Assembly (NCBI GenBank): GCA_963817915.1
Contig: CAWFQL010000009.1
Span: 64,001 to 128,000 of the forward strand
DNA length: 64,000 nucleotides
Direction of reading: 5' to 3'
Source of the DNA: an uncultured candidate division Zixibacteria bacterium
GTDB lineage: Bacteria > Zixibacteria > MSB-5A5 > UBA10806
Shown: positions 48,448 through 58,332 of the stretch, piece by piece
How the letters are laid out: each line of letters opens with the position of its first letter
How positions within the stretch are numbered: the stretch's first letter is position 1
Position numbers and translations under genes: made by a program
The notes under the pieces: generated by a model
The model's database searches: none
What the model was told of the DNA's origin: nothing
The model's input: only the letters and a program-made list of their open reading frames with translations

Positions 48448-49662
48448 ATGGCTGTAAAAAATGATGTCAGGGCATGGAAGTTATCGAAACGGGCAATTGA
48501 AGTCCAAGCCTCGCCTATAAGAAAATTGATGCCTTACGCCGACGAGGCCAAGAGACGCGGTATAAGCGTCTATCATTTGAATATAGGCCAGCCGGATATA
48601 GAAACACCGCCGGAATTTTGGGATGCTGTCAAACACTACTCTCAAAAGGTGCTTGCCTACGGCCATTCTCAGGGACTGACCTCCTATCTGAAAGCGTTAT
48701 GCGGCTACTATTCAAAATGCGGTCTTCAATTTTCCCCAGAGAATATAGTTGTCACGACCGGGGGCTCCGAAGCGATAGTGTTTGCGTTTCTTTTAGTTTG
48801 TGAGCCGGGCGATAAGATTATCGTATTTGAGCCATTCTATACCAATTATAATGGTTTCGCGACAATGGCCGATATCGAACTTGTGCCGGTAGTTACGAAA
48901 GCCGAGAACGGCTTCCATTTACCGGATAGAAGCGAAATTGAAGATGCGATTGATGACAAAGTTCGCGGGATAATTATCTGCAATCCCAATAATCCTACCG
49001 GCACGTTATTCTCATATGATGAGATGGAAATGCTCGCGGATATCTGCCGTCAGAATGGCTTATATATCTTGTCCGATGAGGTCTACCGCGAATTTGTCTA
49101 TGAAGGCAAACATACCTCGATATTCGATATCCCGGATGTCGACGAATTCGCCATCATGCTCGATTCGATCAGTAAACGATACTCCGCTTGCGGCGCGAGA
49201 ATTGGCAATTTAGTTACCCGGAATAAGAAGCTACATGAAGCCGCCGTTAAATTTGGCCAGGCAAGGCTTTGCTCTCCGACTTTGGAGCAAGTCGGGGCAG
49301 AGGCCGCCTTAAAATTAGGTCCCGAATATTTCCAAAAGATTATCGGTGAATACAAGAAACGCCGCGATATAGTATACGATGGCCTTATGGCGATTGAAGG
49401 GGCTTTATGCATGAAGCCGGCCGGGGCATTCTATACTCAAGCCCGTTTGCCTATTTCCGATTCAGAAGAATTCGCGAAATTCATGCTTGCCGATTTTTCT
49501 GTGGATAAAAAAACAGTCATGGTAGCTCCGGGCCCCGGGTTTTACGCATCGCCCGGAAAGGGGCTCGATGAGTGCCGTATCGCCTATGTACTCAATACCG
49601 ATTCATTAAAGGATGCGATGAGAATTCTTAAGCTGGGGGTGGAGGCCTTCAATAATAGATGA
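48448..49662 (+). CDS. PLP-dependent class I/II aminotransferase (aspartate aminotransferase-like)
   Basis: LNIGQPD, CNPNNPTG, SDEVY, SISKRYSACGARIG. Confidence 0.92.
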   Translation: MAVKNDVRAWKLSKRAIEVQASPIRKLMPYADEAKRRGISVYHLNIGQPDIETPPEFWDAVKHYSQKVLAYGHSQGLTSYLKALCGYYSKCGLQFSPENIVVTTGGSEAIVFAFLLVCEPGDKIIVFEPFYTNYNGFATMADIELVPVVTKAENGFHLPDRSEIEDAIDDKVRGIIICNPNNPTGTLFSYDEMEMLADICRQNGLYILSDEVYREFVYEGKHTSIFDIPDVDEFAIMLDSISKRYSACGARIGNLVTRNKKLHEAAVKFGQARLCSPTLEQVGAEAALKLGPEYFQKIIGEYKKRRDIVYDGLMAIEGALCMKPAGAFYTQARLPISDSEEFAKFMLADFSVDKKTVMVAPGPGFYASPGKGLDECRIAYVLNTDSLKDAMRILKLGVEAFNNR

Positions 49663-50606
49663 AAAAATGCTACGGCGGTATTGATCTTGGGGGAAGCTTT
49701 ATAAAGGCTGGATTGATTGATATAAGAGGCAAACAATTCGCTAAATTTAAAATCCCCACAAATGTAGAATCGGGCATTCCCGCGGTAAAATCGAATCTCT
49801 TACAAGCCGCAAAAATGCTGGTAGTTTCCGCGGCGGATATGAAATTTGCTCTCTCCGGCATCGGGATCGGAAGCCCGGGCACTATCAAATTTCCTCAGGG
49901 AATTGTTACGGGTGCCACTCCTAATATACCGGGATGGATCGGAACCAATATCAGCAGCATATTTTCTAAATTCAAAATTCCAGTTGCCGCGGATAATGAC
50001 GCTAATTGCATGGGGCTCGCTGAGGCTCATTACGGCGCTGGCAAGGGGACTGAGTCGGGATTTTATCTGACGCTTGGAACAGGGATCGGCGGCGCAATAG
50101 TTATTGACGGCAAATTGCTTAGAGGAGCGAGCTACGCCGCAGGAGAATTCGGACACATGGTTTTTAAATTTAACGGCAAATTATGCAAGGCGGGGCATCG
50201 TGGATGTCTTGAGAGCTACGCCGCCGCTCCGGCACTGATTCATGAGACTCAAAAATATATCGATAAATCTAAATCATCAAAATTGAAAAATCTCGGCCCC
50301 AAATTAACGCCTGAAGATATCTTCCGTGCCTTTAGAGCTGGTGATCGAGCCGCTGTGAAAAGCGTAAATGAGAATGCCGAAATGATCGGTGTAGCGATCG
50401 GTTCAATCGTCAATCTTCTAAATCCGCAAATAGTTGTAATAGGCGGTGGTCTCTCACATGGGGGCGGTAAATATATCGATCTTATAAAAAAACATACCCT
50501 GGCTTTCGCGTTTACTTCGACTACATCCATATTGAAAATAAAAAAGGCAAGATTCGGGAATGATGCCGGATGGATCGGTGCCGCCTGCCTTGTAATCCCC
50601 GATTAA
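49659..50606 (+). CDS. ROK family sugar kinase (glucokinase-like)
   Basis: GIDLGGS, DNDAN, TLGTGIGG, GEFGH, GCLE. Confidence 0.9.
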   Translation: MKKCYGGIDLGGSFIKAGLIDIRGKQFAKFKIPTNVESGIPAVKSNLLQAAKMLVVSAADMKFALSGIGIGSPGTIKFPQGIVTGATPNIPGWIGTNISSIFSKFKIPVAADNDANCMGLAEAHYGAGKGTESGFYLTLGTGIGGAIVIDGKLLRGASYAAGEFGHMVFKFNGKLCKAGHRGCLESYAAAPALIHETQKYIDKSKSSKLKNLGPKLTPEDIFRAFRAGDRAAVKSVNENAEMIGVAIGSIVNLLNPQIVVIGGGLSHGGGKYIDLIKKHTLAFAFTSTTSILKIKKARFGNDAGWIGAACLVIPD

Positions 50607-50607
50607 A

Positions 50608-51990
50608 ATGAATCAGACCGCAAACAATCATAAATGGCTGATTCTATCGGTTGCCTCAACAGGTATACTATTAGGCACTATCGATGGCTCGATTGTTGGA
50701 ATTGCGCTGCCATCCATAAGCGAATACTTCAAGACATCTGTGCAGGACGCGGCCTGGGTGACAATGAGTTATTTAATTGTCATCACGACATTTTTATTAA
50801 TTTTCGGAAAGCTCTCCGATATAATCGGGCAGAAGATCATATTTACGATCGGCCTGGCAGTCTTCACGGTTAGCTCTCTGCTGTGCTCGCTTTCTGCAAG
50901 CATGATGCAATTGATAATATTCCGAGCTGTGCAAGGGCTTGGCGCATCAATGATAATTTCGAATACAACCGCCATCGTAACCAACGCCTTTCCCTCTGAC
51001 CAACGAGGTTCAAGCCTGGGGATAATAGGCGCAGTAGTCTCGGTGGGCCTCATGACCGGTCCTTTTTTGGGGGGGATCATCGTACACTATTTTGGTTGGC
51101 ATTACATCTTTCTGGTCAATCTTCCAATAGGCGCACTCGGCATTTTCATGGCAATAAAATTCCTTCCGTCCAAGGAACAAGGTGCACCTAAAAAGCTTTT
51201 TCATTTTCTCGACGCCTTATTATGGATAATTATCATCTTCTGCCTTGTTGGCATTTTCAGGGTATTGAGCGAGCCCAATCTGAATATAGCCTATTTACTC
51301 ACAGTAATAGCGCTGTTCATATTTTTTATTGCAGTATTTTTCATCCGGCAATTAAAAGAGGAAATTCCGCTATTCAATCCATCTTTCTTTAGGAATAATA
51401 TTTTCCTCTATTCGCTTTGTTCGGGCTTTTTCGTATTCGTCTCAATGACCGGGATTTCATTCATGCTTCCATTTTTCTTCGAACGATCCCTGGGACTAAG
51501 CACATTTAACACAGGGAATATCCTGGTCGCGCTGCCGGCATCGACAGCCCTGATGGCCCCGATAGCCGGATATTTATCCGATAAGCTGGGTCAGCGATTG
51601 ATATCAACCATAGGACTGGCTACTTCAAGCATCGGGATCGCGCTGATGTTTTTCGTCCATCAGGGTGCTTCCATATTACATATTATCATAAATCTGGCCA
51701 TTTTTGGCTTTGGAATAGGGATGTTTAGCTCGCCGAATAATTCAGCTTTGATGGGATCTGTCGATTATAAAGATAGGGGGACCGCTTCCGGGGTCCTTTC
51801 AACAATGAGGAATTTGGGAATGGTATCAGGAGTCGGCATAGTCAGTCTTCTTTTCAATTCGCGGCTGCAAAATATGCAGGAATCGGATTCGATACATTAT
51901 GCCAACGCGTTTACCTGGGCATTGCCATTTATTCTAGGGTTCATGCTGATAGGAATCTTTTTTTCGGCCTCAAGGAGATCAGTTAGATAA
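50608..51990 (+). CDS. MFS drug:H+ antiporter (DHA2, EmrB/QacA-like)
   Basis: DGSIV.IALP, GKLSD..G, FRAVQGLG, IFLVNLPIG, SSPNNS; about 14 TM. Confidence 0.9.
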   Translation: MNQTANNHKWLILSVASTGILLGTIDGSIVGIALPSISEYFKTSVQDAAWVTMSYLIVITTFLLIFGKLSDIIGQKIIFTIGLAVFTVSSLLCSLSASMMQLIIFRAVQGLGASMIISNTTAIVTNAFPSDQRGSSLGIIGAVVSVGLMTGPFLGGIIVHYFGWHYIFLVNLPIGALGIFMAIKFLPSKEQGAPKKLFHFLDALLWIIIIFCLVGIFRVLSEPNLNIAYLLTVIALFIFFIAVFFIRQLKEEIPLFNPSFFRNNIFLYSLCSGFFVFVSMTGISFMLPFFFERSLGLSTFNTGNILVALPASTALMAPIAGYLSDKLGQRLISTIGLATSSIGIALMFFVHQGASILHIIINLAIFGFGIGMFSSPNNSALMGSVDYKDRGTASGVLSTMRNLGMVSGVGIVSLLFNSRLQNMQESDSIHYANAFTWALPFILGFMLIGIFFSASRRSVR

Positions 51991-52166
51991 TGGGCGTTAA
52001 AAGGGAATATATCGGTGTTACATTTCAATGCTGCCATGTTTACACTCGAATATATGTAAATAAAAAGCGAAACGCGTTTGTTGGATGGTGTCCTAAGTGC
52101 GGAGTGAAAATGGAGGTCTTTGTTTCTACGGAAGGATCCGACTCCAGATTTTTTACGGCCAAGTGA
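51990..52166 (+). CDS. small Cys-rich (putative zinc-ribbon) protein, 58 aa, not in ORF track
   Basis: MGVKREYIGVTFQCCHVYTRIYVNKKRNAFVGWCPKCGVKMEVFVSTEGSDSRFFTAK; TAATG overlap with the MFS stop. Confidence 0.75.
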   Translation: MGVKREYIGVTFQCCHVYTRIYVNKKRNAFVGWCPKCGVKMEVFVSTEGSDSRFFTAK

Positions 52167-52248
52167 TTAAATGAGTTGATTTTTTCTGAATAAAGAATGA
52201 TATTAACAAAGAAATTAATAAATTAGTACCTGAGCAGGCAGGAAAAAG

Positions 52249-52791
52249 ATGTACGAAAAAATTTATGTAGTGCCATTAGACGAGAACAGCCGCGCCAACG
52301 CAGATTGGATCGGTCAGCAACTTACTAAGAAAATGGGCTTTCGCCTGCAGTCAGGTATTATATCCCGGCTTCCCGATGAGGCCTATAATGCCAAGAACAA
52401 TCAATATTACGCGGTCCCGATTTTATCCAAGCTTGAGTTATTGAAGGGCACCGAAGATGAAATTATTCTGGCGTTGACAGAAGAAGATCTTTACATACCG
52501 AATCAGAACTTCGTATTCGGTCAGGCCAATTCTGTTGGCAAAACAGCTATTGTCTCGACCCTAAGATTAAAACCGGAATATTACGGTTTACCTGAGGAAG
52601 AAGAGCTGACTCGTTCGAGGTTGCTTGTAGCCGCATTGCATGAATTGGGCCATATCCTTGGACTGAAAAATTGCAATAACGATTGCGTAATGCGCGCTAT
52701 TGGAAATGTCAATGAGCTCGATAAACGAGCCGATGGTTTTTGTCCCGATTGCCTGCTGAATCTCACTCTGCCAACCAAAGTTAAAACATGA
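52249..52791 (+). CDS. archaemetzincin (peptidase M54) family protein
   Basis: QYYA, DLY...NFVFGQA, VST.RL, HELGHILGL, C...CVM, FCPDC. Confidence 0.88.
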   Translation: MYEKIYVVPLDENSRANADWIGQQLTKKMGFRLQSGIISRLPDEAYNAKNNQYYAVPILSKLELLKGTEDEIILALTEEDLYIPNQNFVFGQANSVGKTAIVSTLRLKPEYYGLPEEEELTRSRLLVAALHELGHILGLKNCNNDCVMRAIGNVNELDKRADGFCPDCLLNLTLPTKVKT

Positions 52792-52814
52792 GCAATCTCG
52801 ACATTGAGGATATT

Positions 52815-52848
52815 TAGGGGATGATCGGATATTATCCCCTATATTTTT
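52815..52848 (+). terminator. intrinsic terminator-like hairpin
   Basis: TAGGGGATGAT/ATTATCCCCTA stem then TATTTTT. Confidence 0.6.
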
Positions 52849-52863
52849 GATAATTAATTAACT

Positions 52864-53319
52864 ATGAAATTGTCCAACTCCGAAATCCCAAAGCCTGTTA
52901 TCAATATCCATAATGAATTTATCGTCGATTCTAAATCTGATCGTATCTGGGATATTCTCATCGATATCAATAACTGGGGCAAATGGAATCCATCGATAGA
53001 CCACGCGGTCATCTACGGACCATGTTCGCAGGGAGCTCGCCTCAAATTTTCATCAGGTAAGTGGGATTTCGATTCGACCATTATCGCATTTGAACCCGGG
53101 AAAAGTATTGTATTCCGAAGCACTACTATTGGCATGAAGATGATGCTATCATTCGCTATTAATTCATCCAACGACCGGACCAAGATACTTATAGATATTT
53201 CTATTTCTGGATGGCTGAGCAAAATTCTCAAAAAGAGCATTTCCAAGGAACTCAATGAAATTGTAGAGACAACTATGACAAGTCTGAAGGCTATTGCCGG
53301 CAAAAAGGGCGGGGAATAG
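52864..53319 (+). CDS. SRPBCC (START/polyketide cyclase) family protein
   Basis: IWDILIDINNWGKWNP, FEPGK, C-terminal helix SLKAIA. Confidence 0.8.
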   Translation: MKLSNSEIPKPVINIHNEFIVDSKSDRIWDILIDINNWGKWNPSIDHAVIYGPCSQGARLKFSSGKWDFDSTIIAFEPGKSIVFRSTTIGMKMMLSFAINSSNDRTKILIDISISGWLSKILKKSISKELNEIVETTMTSLKAIAGKKGGE

Positions 53320-53399
53320 TAAAACCGATCTAATTTAACGCCCCAAATAATCCCGTAATTTCTCGAATATCCTAAATTTCCATAGTATTTACAAAATAC

Positions 53400-53428
53400 T
53401 TGCACAAAAGTGCATTAGATAATATAAT
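53400..53428 (+). promoter_or_regulatory. sigma70 promoter upstream of the helicase
   Basis: TTGCAC-N17-TATAAT. Confidence 0.7.
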
Positions 53429-53461
53429 TACGCCCATGAAAATACGGTATCAGGCAAACGC

Positions 53462-55752
53462 ATGAAGCTAAATCAGCTTATTGACAAGCTCAAATCATCC
53501 CCCGAATTCGGGCCCGGCATAAGCCACTGGCAGGTTATTCCACCGACTTCCGGGCATTATGTCGAATTTCCAACTTCCATCGATAAGCGACTTGTTGATC
53601 TTCTCAAAGCAAAGGGGATTTCTAAATTATACAGCCATCAGGCCAAGGCCGCGGAGCTATGCGGCAGCCGGGAAAGACTTTGTCGTTGTCACCCCCACAG
53701 CGTCCGGCAAATCCCTATGCTACAATTTGCCGGTAATTAATTCGCTTTTAACCAACGATCCACAGGCACGAGCGCTATATTTATTTCCGACCAAAGCGCT
53801 TTCAGCTGATCAGGTCGATGAGCTTTATTCAATGGTGGAAGCTTCCGGCGCTGATATTAAGACCTATACATTCGATGGCGATACGCCGGTTTCTGCCCGC
53901 AATATAATCAGAAAAGCAGGCAATATTGTTGTCACCAATCCCGACATGCTTCATTCCGGAATTCTGCCGCATCATACGATTTGGATCAAGCTTTTCGAAA
54001 ATCTCAAATATATAGTTATTGATGAGCTTCATCACTATCGCGGAGTCTTTGGCTCGAATCTATCCAATGTCTTAAGGCGATTGATGAGGCTCTGCGAATT
54101 CTATGGCTCGAAGCCGCAATTCATACTATGCTCGGCAACTATTGGCAACCCTAAAGAATTGGCGGAGAAGATAATAGGGCGACCAGTTGAAGTGATAGAT
54201 GAGAATGGCGCGCCTTCGGGTGAAAAGCATTTTGTCATCTATAATCCGCCTGTCATCAATCGGCAGCTGGGTATCAGAAAGTCATCGGTTTCGGAATCGG
54301 CACGCCTGGCTGGCATGGTCATTGCCAATGGTATCCAGACCATTGTATTCGCCCGAAGCCGTGTTCGGGTTGAAATACTCACAACATATCTCAAAGAGCA
54401 GATGCAATTGCTCAAAAATTTCTCCGGATAAGGTTTCAGGTTATCGCGGCGGATACTTGCCTAATGAACGGCGCGATATCGAAAAGGGGCTCCGTGCGGG
54501 CGAAATCCTCGGAGTTGTTTCCACAAATGCCCTTGAGTTGGGCATTGATATCGGCGGTCTTGATGTTTCCATACTTTGCGGATATCCCGGTGGGATAGCC
54601 TCGGCATGGCAGCAGGCAGGCAGGGCTGGTAGAAAATCCGATGTATCTTTAGCTATAATGGTCGCATCATCAGCGCCTTTGGATCAATTCCTGGCCAACA
54701 ACCCCAAATACTTTTTCGGCAAGTCTCCTGAACAGGGGATTGTCGATCCCGAAAATCTTGCTATTCTGGTGAATCATCTTAAATGTGCTGTTTTCGAATT
54801 GCCAATTGATGATCACGAATCCTTTGGAGTAATTCCCACATCGCAGATAATGGATTTCCTTTCTCAGGAACGGCTTGTTCAAAAATCGGGTGCGAAATAC
54901 CATTATACTTCGGATATCTATCCTGCCAGCGAGGTTTCCCTGCGAACTGCATCCCCGGAAAATTTCGTGATCATGGATGAATCAGATAATGGCCGAGTAA
55001 TCGGTGAGATCGATTATTTTTCGGCCCCCGAGTTGGTTCATCCCGAAGCGATTTACCTGCATCAAAGCAAACGGTTCCAGGTTCGCAATCTTGATTGGGA
55101 AGGGAAGAGGGCTTACGTGATTCCCGTAGATGTTGAATACTATACCGATGCTGAATCCAAAGTAGTAATCAAAATTCTTCATGTCGATCAGGAAGAGGTA
55201 TTCAAAACCGGGATTACCAAGTCAATAGGCGATGTCGCCGTCAGCAGAACTGTTGTTCGCTATAAGAAAGTCCGCTTTCATACGCACGAAAATCTCGGAT
55301 GGGGCAAAGTATCGTTGCCTGAGCAGGAGATGCATACCGGCTCATTCTGGATCTCATTTTCAGACAATATCGGGCAGCTCACACACCTAACGCCGGAACA
55401 GCTTTCAGGAGCATTGCATGGTGTCGCTCAGCTATTTCGACAGATAGTGCCGCTTTGGATATTGTCTGATCCGTCGGATATCAGATCGGTGTCTATGGTT
55501 CGTTCGCCCTTCAATGACCACCCATCTATTTATATATATGAGACAGTTCCGGGCGGAGTCGGATTTTCAAGAAAAATTTACGATATGTTCGATGAGGTCG
55601 TAAGAAACTCCATTTCGCATTTGACGAATTGTATTTGTGATGGTGGATGTCCATCATGTGTTGGCCCACTTATTGAAATCGGTGAAAATGGCAAGAGCGG
55701 CGCTGAACGATTGCTTCGAATGCTCGCATCCAACGATAAGCAGACAACCTGA
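53462..55752 (+). CDS. DEAH-box helicase with C-terminal DUF1998 zinc-binding domain (YprA/MrfA/Hrq1-like); two frameshifts near 53660 and 54415
   Basis: LYSHQ, TPTASGKSLCY, FPTKAL, TNPDMLH, DELH, SATI, YRGGY, TNALELGIDIG, QAGRAGR, YETVPGGVG, CICDGGCPSC. Confidence 0.9.
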
Positions 55753-55817
55753 TTAAAAAATCTATTGTTTATTCACCGGTGAGGTCGGGCCGCCGTACAC
55801 GACGACAGTCTCTATTG

Positions 55818-55984
55818 AAAATATCTATTGTTCATTTAGGATAAATATTTTCTCGGTGAGGTCGGGTCGCCTGACCCGACCGATTTTTCTTTAGCAGGGC
55901 GGCGGCCGTATGTAAGGCTAAATAAAACCGACAGCATGATCTAGCTACCCAAAATATCTATTGTTCATTTAGGATAAATATTTT
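55818..55984. repeat. identical 34-bp direct repeats flanking a GC-rich hairpin
   Basis: AAAATATCTATTGTTCATTTAGGATAAATATTTT at 55818-55851 and 55951-55984. Confidence 0.9.
55860..55892 (+). terminator. terminator/REP-like hairpin after the helicase
   Basis: Perfect 9-bp stem GGTCGGGTC-GCCT-GACCCGACC followed by GATTTTTCTTT. Confidence 0.55.
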
Positions 55985-55997
55985 ATATACATTGGCT

Positions 55998-56975
55998 ATG
56001 AGAAACGCGTCCGAACAGGTTTTCGAAAATAGATCCGATTCGCGCGGATACAATGACAACGTGCGAGTTGCCTGGTATTCGTATATCTTTAAATTAAGGA
56101 TCGAGGAATTCATAGCGTGTCTGTTTTCGATTTCCGATAGTATTTTATTCGGTAAAGGGATATTTATATTATAGTTCCCAGGGCCATATACCGATTGCAT
56201 TTATCAGTAATTTTCAGCGATTCGGAACGATATTAGGCGCTATCGCGGTAATAGTTATTTTAGTTAATCTTTGGCCCAAATTAGGCTGGCTGAGGAATCT
56301 TCTGCCGATTGGATTTTGTCTCGGAATTTATACTAATTTCAGTGAGACTATTCGCTTTATTAATCCCCACGACATTCAGGATCATCTGATGGCGATTGAT
56401 AATTTTCTTTTCGGAGTACAGCCGTCAATCTGGTTTCAGCAGTTTATGCGTCCGTATTCTGACTGAATATCTTTCATTTTGCTATATGAATTTTTTCCTG
56501 CTCACGCCGATTGTCGCGATTGCATTGTACTTATAGCAAAAAGCACAAAGAATCCCGTGAAACAGTCGTTTCGGCGGTCTTGTGTTTGTATATTGGCTAT
56601 ATTCTCTATGCAATTTTCCCGGCGGTATCTCCGAGTATTGCGATAAAAAATGTGTACGTGGTGCCAATTAGCGGCACTCCTCTTGCCGATTTCGGCCTTA
56701 GCATAGAAGGCACATTCTCGTCGGCATCCCGCGATGCTTTCCCGTCGTTGCATACGGCGATTACGTTGCTGGTCCTTCTATTGGCATTTAAGCATATCAG
56801 ATGGTTGTTTTGGGTGCTGCTTCCGTTCGGACTGGGTTTGTTTGTCTCGACAGTTTATTTAAGGCATCATTATGTGATCGATCTAATTGCCGGCGTACCT
56901 CTCGGAATTCTGGCATTCATCTATTTGCCTAAAATGAATTCATGGTGGCTTTCGAAAAAGCCCAAAGAGGTATAG
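55998..56975 (+). CDS. PAP2 superfamily membrane protein (Aur1/IPC-synthase-like), multiply frameshifted
   Basis: Joined frames give LMAID..LFGVQP, TEYLSFCY, YAIFPAVSP, DAFPSLH, YLRHHYVIDLIAG. Confidence 0.75.
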
Positions 56976-56985
56976 CCGCCTGCTT

Positions 56986-58332
56986 ATGTATACAATAGCT
57001 TTCGCATCGCTCGGATGTAAACTGAACAAGTATGAAATTCAGCTTATTTCGGAAGCATTGAGAAAATACGGCTTCGAGACTGTTCCATTTAAGTCGGCGG
57101 CCGACTGCTATGTAATCAATACGTGCGGCGTTACCGGGAATGCCGAGCTTTCTTCACGACAGCTAATCCGCCGTGCCCGGAAATCCTCTCCTGATGCCAA
57201 GATCATCGCCACCGGATGCTATACCTCGCTCGCGCCCGAGAATTTTATTAACAATGGAATTGATGCTGTCGTGTCAAATATGGATAAAAACAAAATTCCA
57301 GCTACAGTTCTTAATCTATTCGGATTGATACTGCAAGATTCACCCGACAAGCCCTGTATTGATGATTCTGATTCCATAATTTCCGGCATGAATGATATCA
57401 CCAGAGCGTACACCAAGATTCAGGATGGGTGCGACGACAAATGTACATTCTGCGCGATATGGATGGCAAGAGGACCCGTTCGGTCCAGGCCGCTTGATAC
57501 GATCGTAAGGGAAATCAATAAGCTCGCTGAAAACGGATATAAGGAAGCTGTCCTTACTGGAGTGCATATTGGGAAATATTCTTTCTATGGGTTGAGGTTC
57601 AACGATCTCTTGAGAGAAATTTTAGTTAAGACATCCATCCAAAGAATTAGATTGTCATCTCTCAATCCTATCGAAATAGATGATGATCTTATTGATTTGA
57701 TTGCTAGCTCAAGCAGGATATGTCCTCATCTTCATCTTTCGATACAATCGGGCGACAATGATATTCTTCATGCCATGGGACGAAAATATACTGCCGACAA
57801 TGTAAAATCGGTTATCGAAAAATCGGTAGCACGAATAAATTATCTGACCATTGGAGCAGATATTATTGTTGGATTCCCCGGCGAGGATGATCAAAAATTT
57901 CAGAATACCCACGAATTACTGAATCAGTCTGATATTCACCATCTACATGTATTTCCTTATTCGGATAGAAACGGTACCGCGGCTGCGGCGATGAGGGATA
58001 AAGTAAAACCCGAGATCAAAACCAAACGGGCGGCCATACTTAAATCCGTGGCATCTCAGAAAAAGAACGCTCATCTTCAAAATTATTTGGGGAAGAAACT
58101 AAAGGCATTAATTGAAAAAAGACCTGCCGATGACGGCATGCTTACCGGCTTAACCGAAAATTACCTGCGAATAAAAGCATCTGGCGATAATTCATTCAAG
58201 GGAAATATCGTAACAGTACTGCCTTACGCGATAGATAAGAGTATCCTGTTATCCAAAATCGATATAGAAACAGACTCCCAGAAAAATAAGTTGACATATT
58301 TTGAACGGGCGGGTATTATAGATACCCAATAG
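56986..58332 (+). CDS. mtaB: tRNA t6A37 methylthiotransferase MtaB
   Basis: LGCKLNKYE, INTCGVT, KIQDGCDDKCTFC, LTGVHIG, RLSSL, HVFPYS.R.GT, GLTENYLR. Confidence 0.93.
   Translation: MYTIAFASLGCKLNKYEIQLISEALRKYGFETVPFKSAADCYVINTCGVTGNAELSSRQLIRRARKSSPDAKIIATGCYTSLAPENFINNGIDAVVSNMDKNKIPATVLNLFGLILQDSPDKPCIDDSDSIISGMNDITRAYTKIQDGCDDKCTFCAIWMARGPVRSRPLDTIVREINKLAENGYKEAVLTGVHIGKYSFYGLRFNDLLREILVKTSIQRIRLSSLNPIEIDDDLIDLIASSSRICPHLHLSIQSGDNDILHAMGRKYTADNVKSVIEKSVARINYLTIGADIIVGFPGEDDQKFQNTHELLNQSDIHHLHVFPYSDRNGTAAAAMRDKVKPEIKTKRAAILKSVASQKKNAHLQNYLGKKLKALIEKRPADDGMLTGLTENYLRIKASGDNSFKGNIVTVLPYAIDKSILLSKIDIETDSQKNKLTYFERAGIIDTQ
58291..58319 (+). promoter_or_regulatory. sigma70 promoter of the nuo operon (inside the mtaB 3' end)
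   Basis: TTGACA-N17-TATTAT. Confidence 0.75.

Noticed and set aside
53462..55752. DISARM/Druantia-type defence system suggested by DUF1998
   Set aside because: It is a single YprA/MrfA-type helicase-DUF1998 protein with no methylase, PLD nuclease or other defence genes nearby.
55755..55984. CRISPR mini-array from the 34-bp repeats
   Set aside because: Only two intact copies, a 99-bp spacer containing a hairpin, repeated sequence inside the spacers, and no cas genes in the window.
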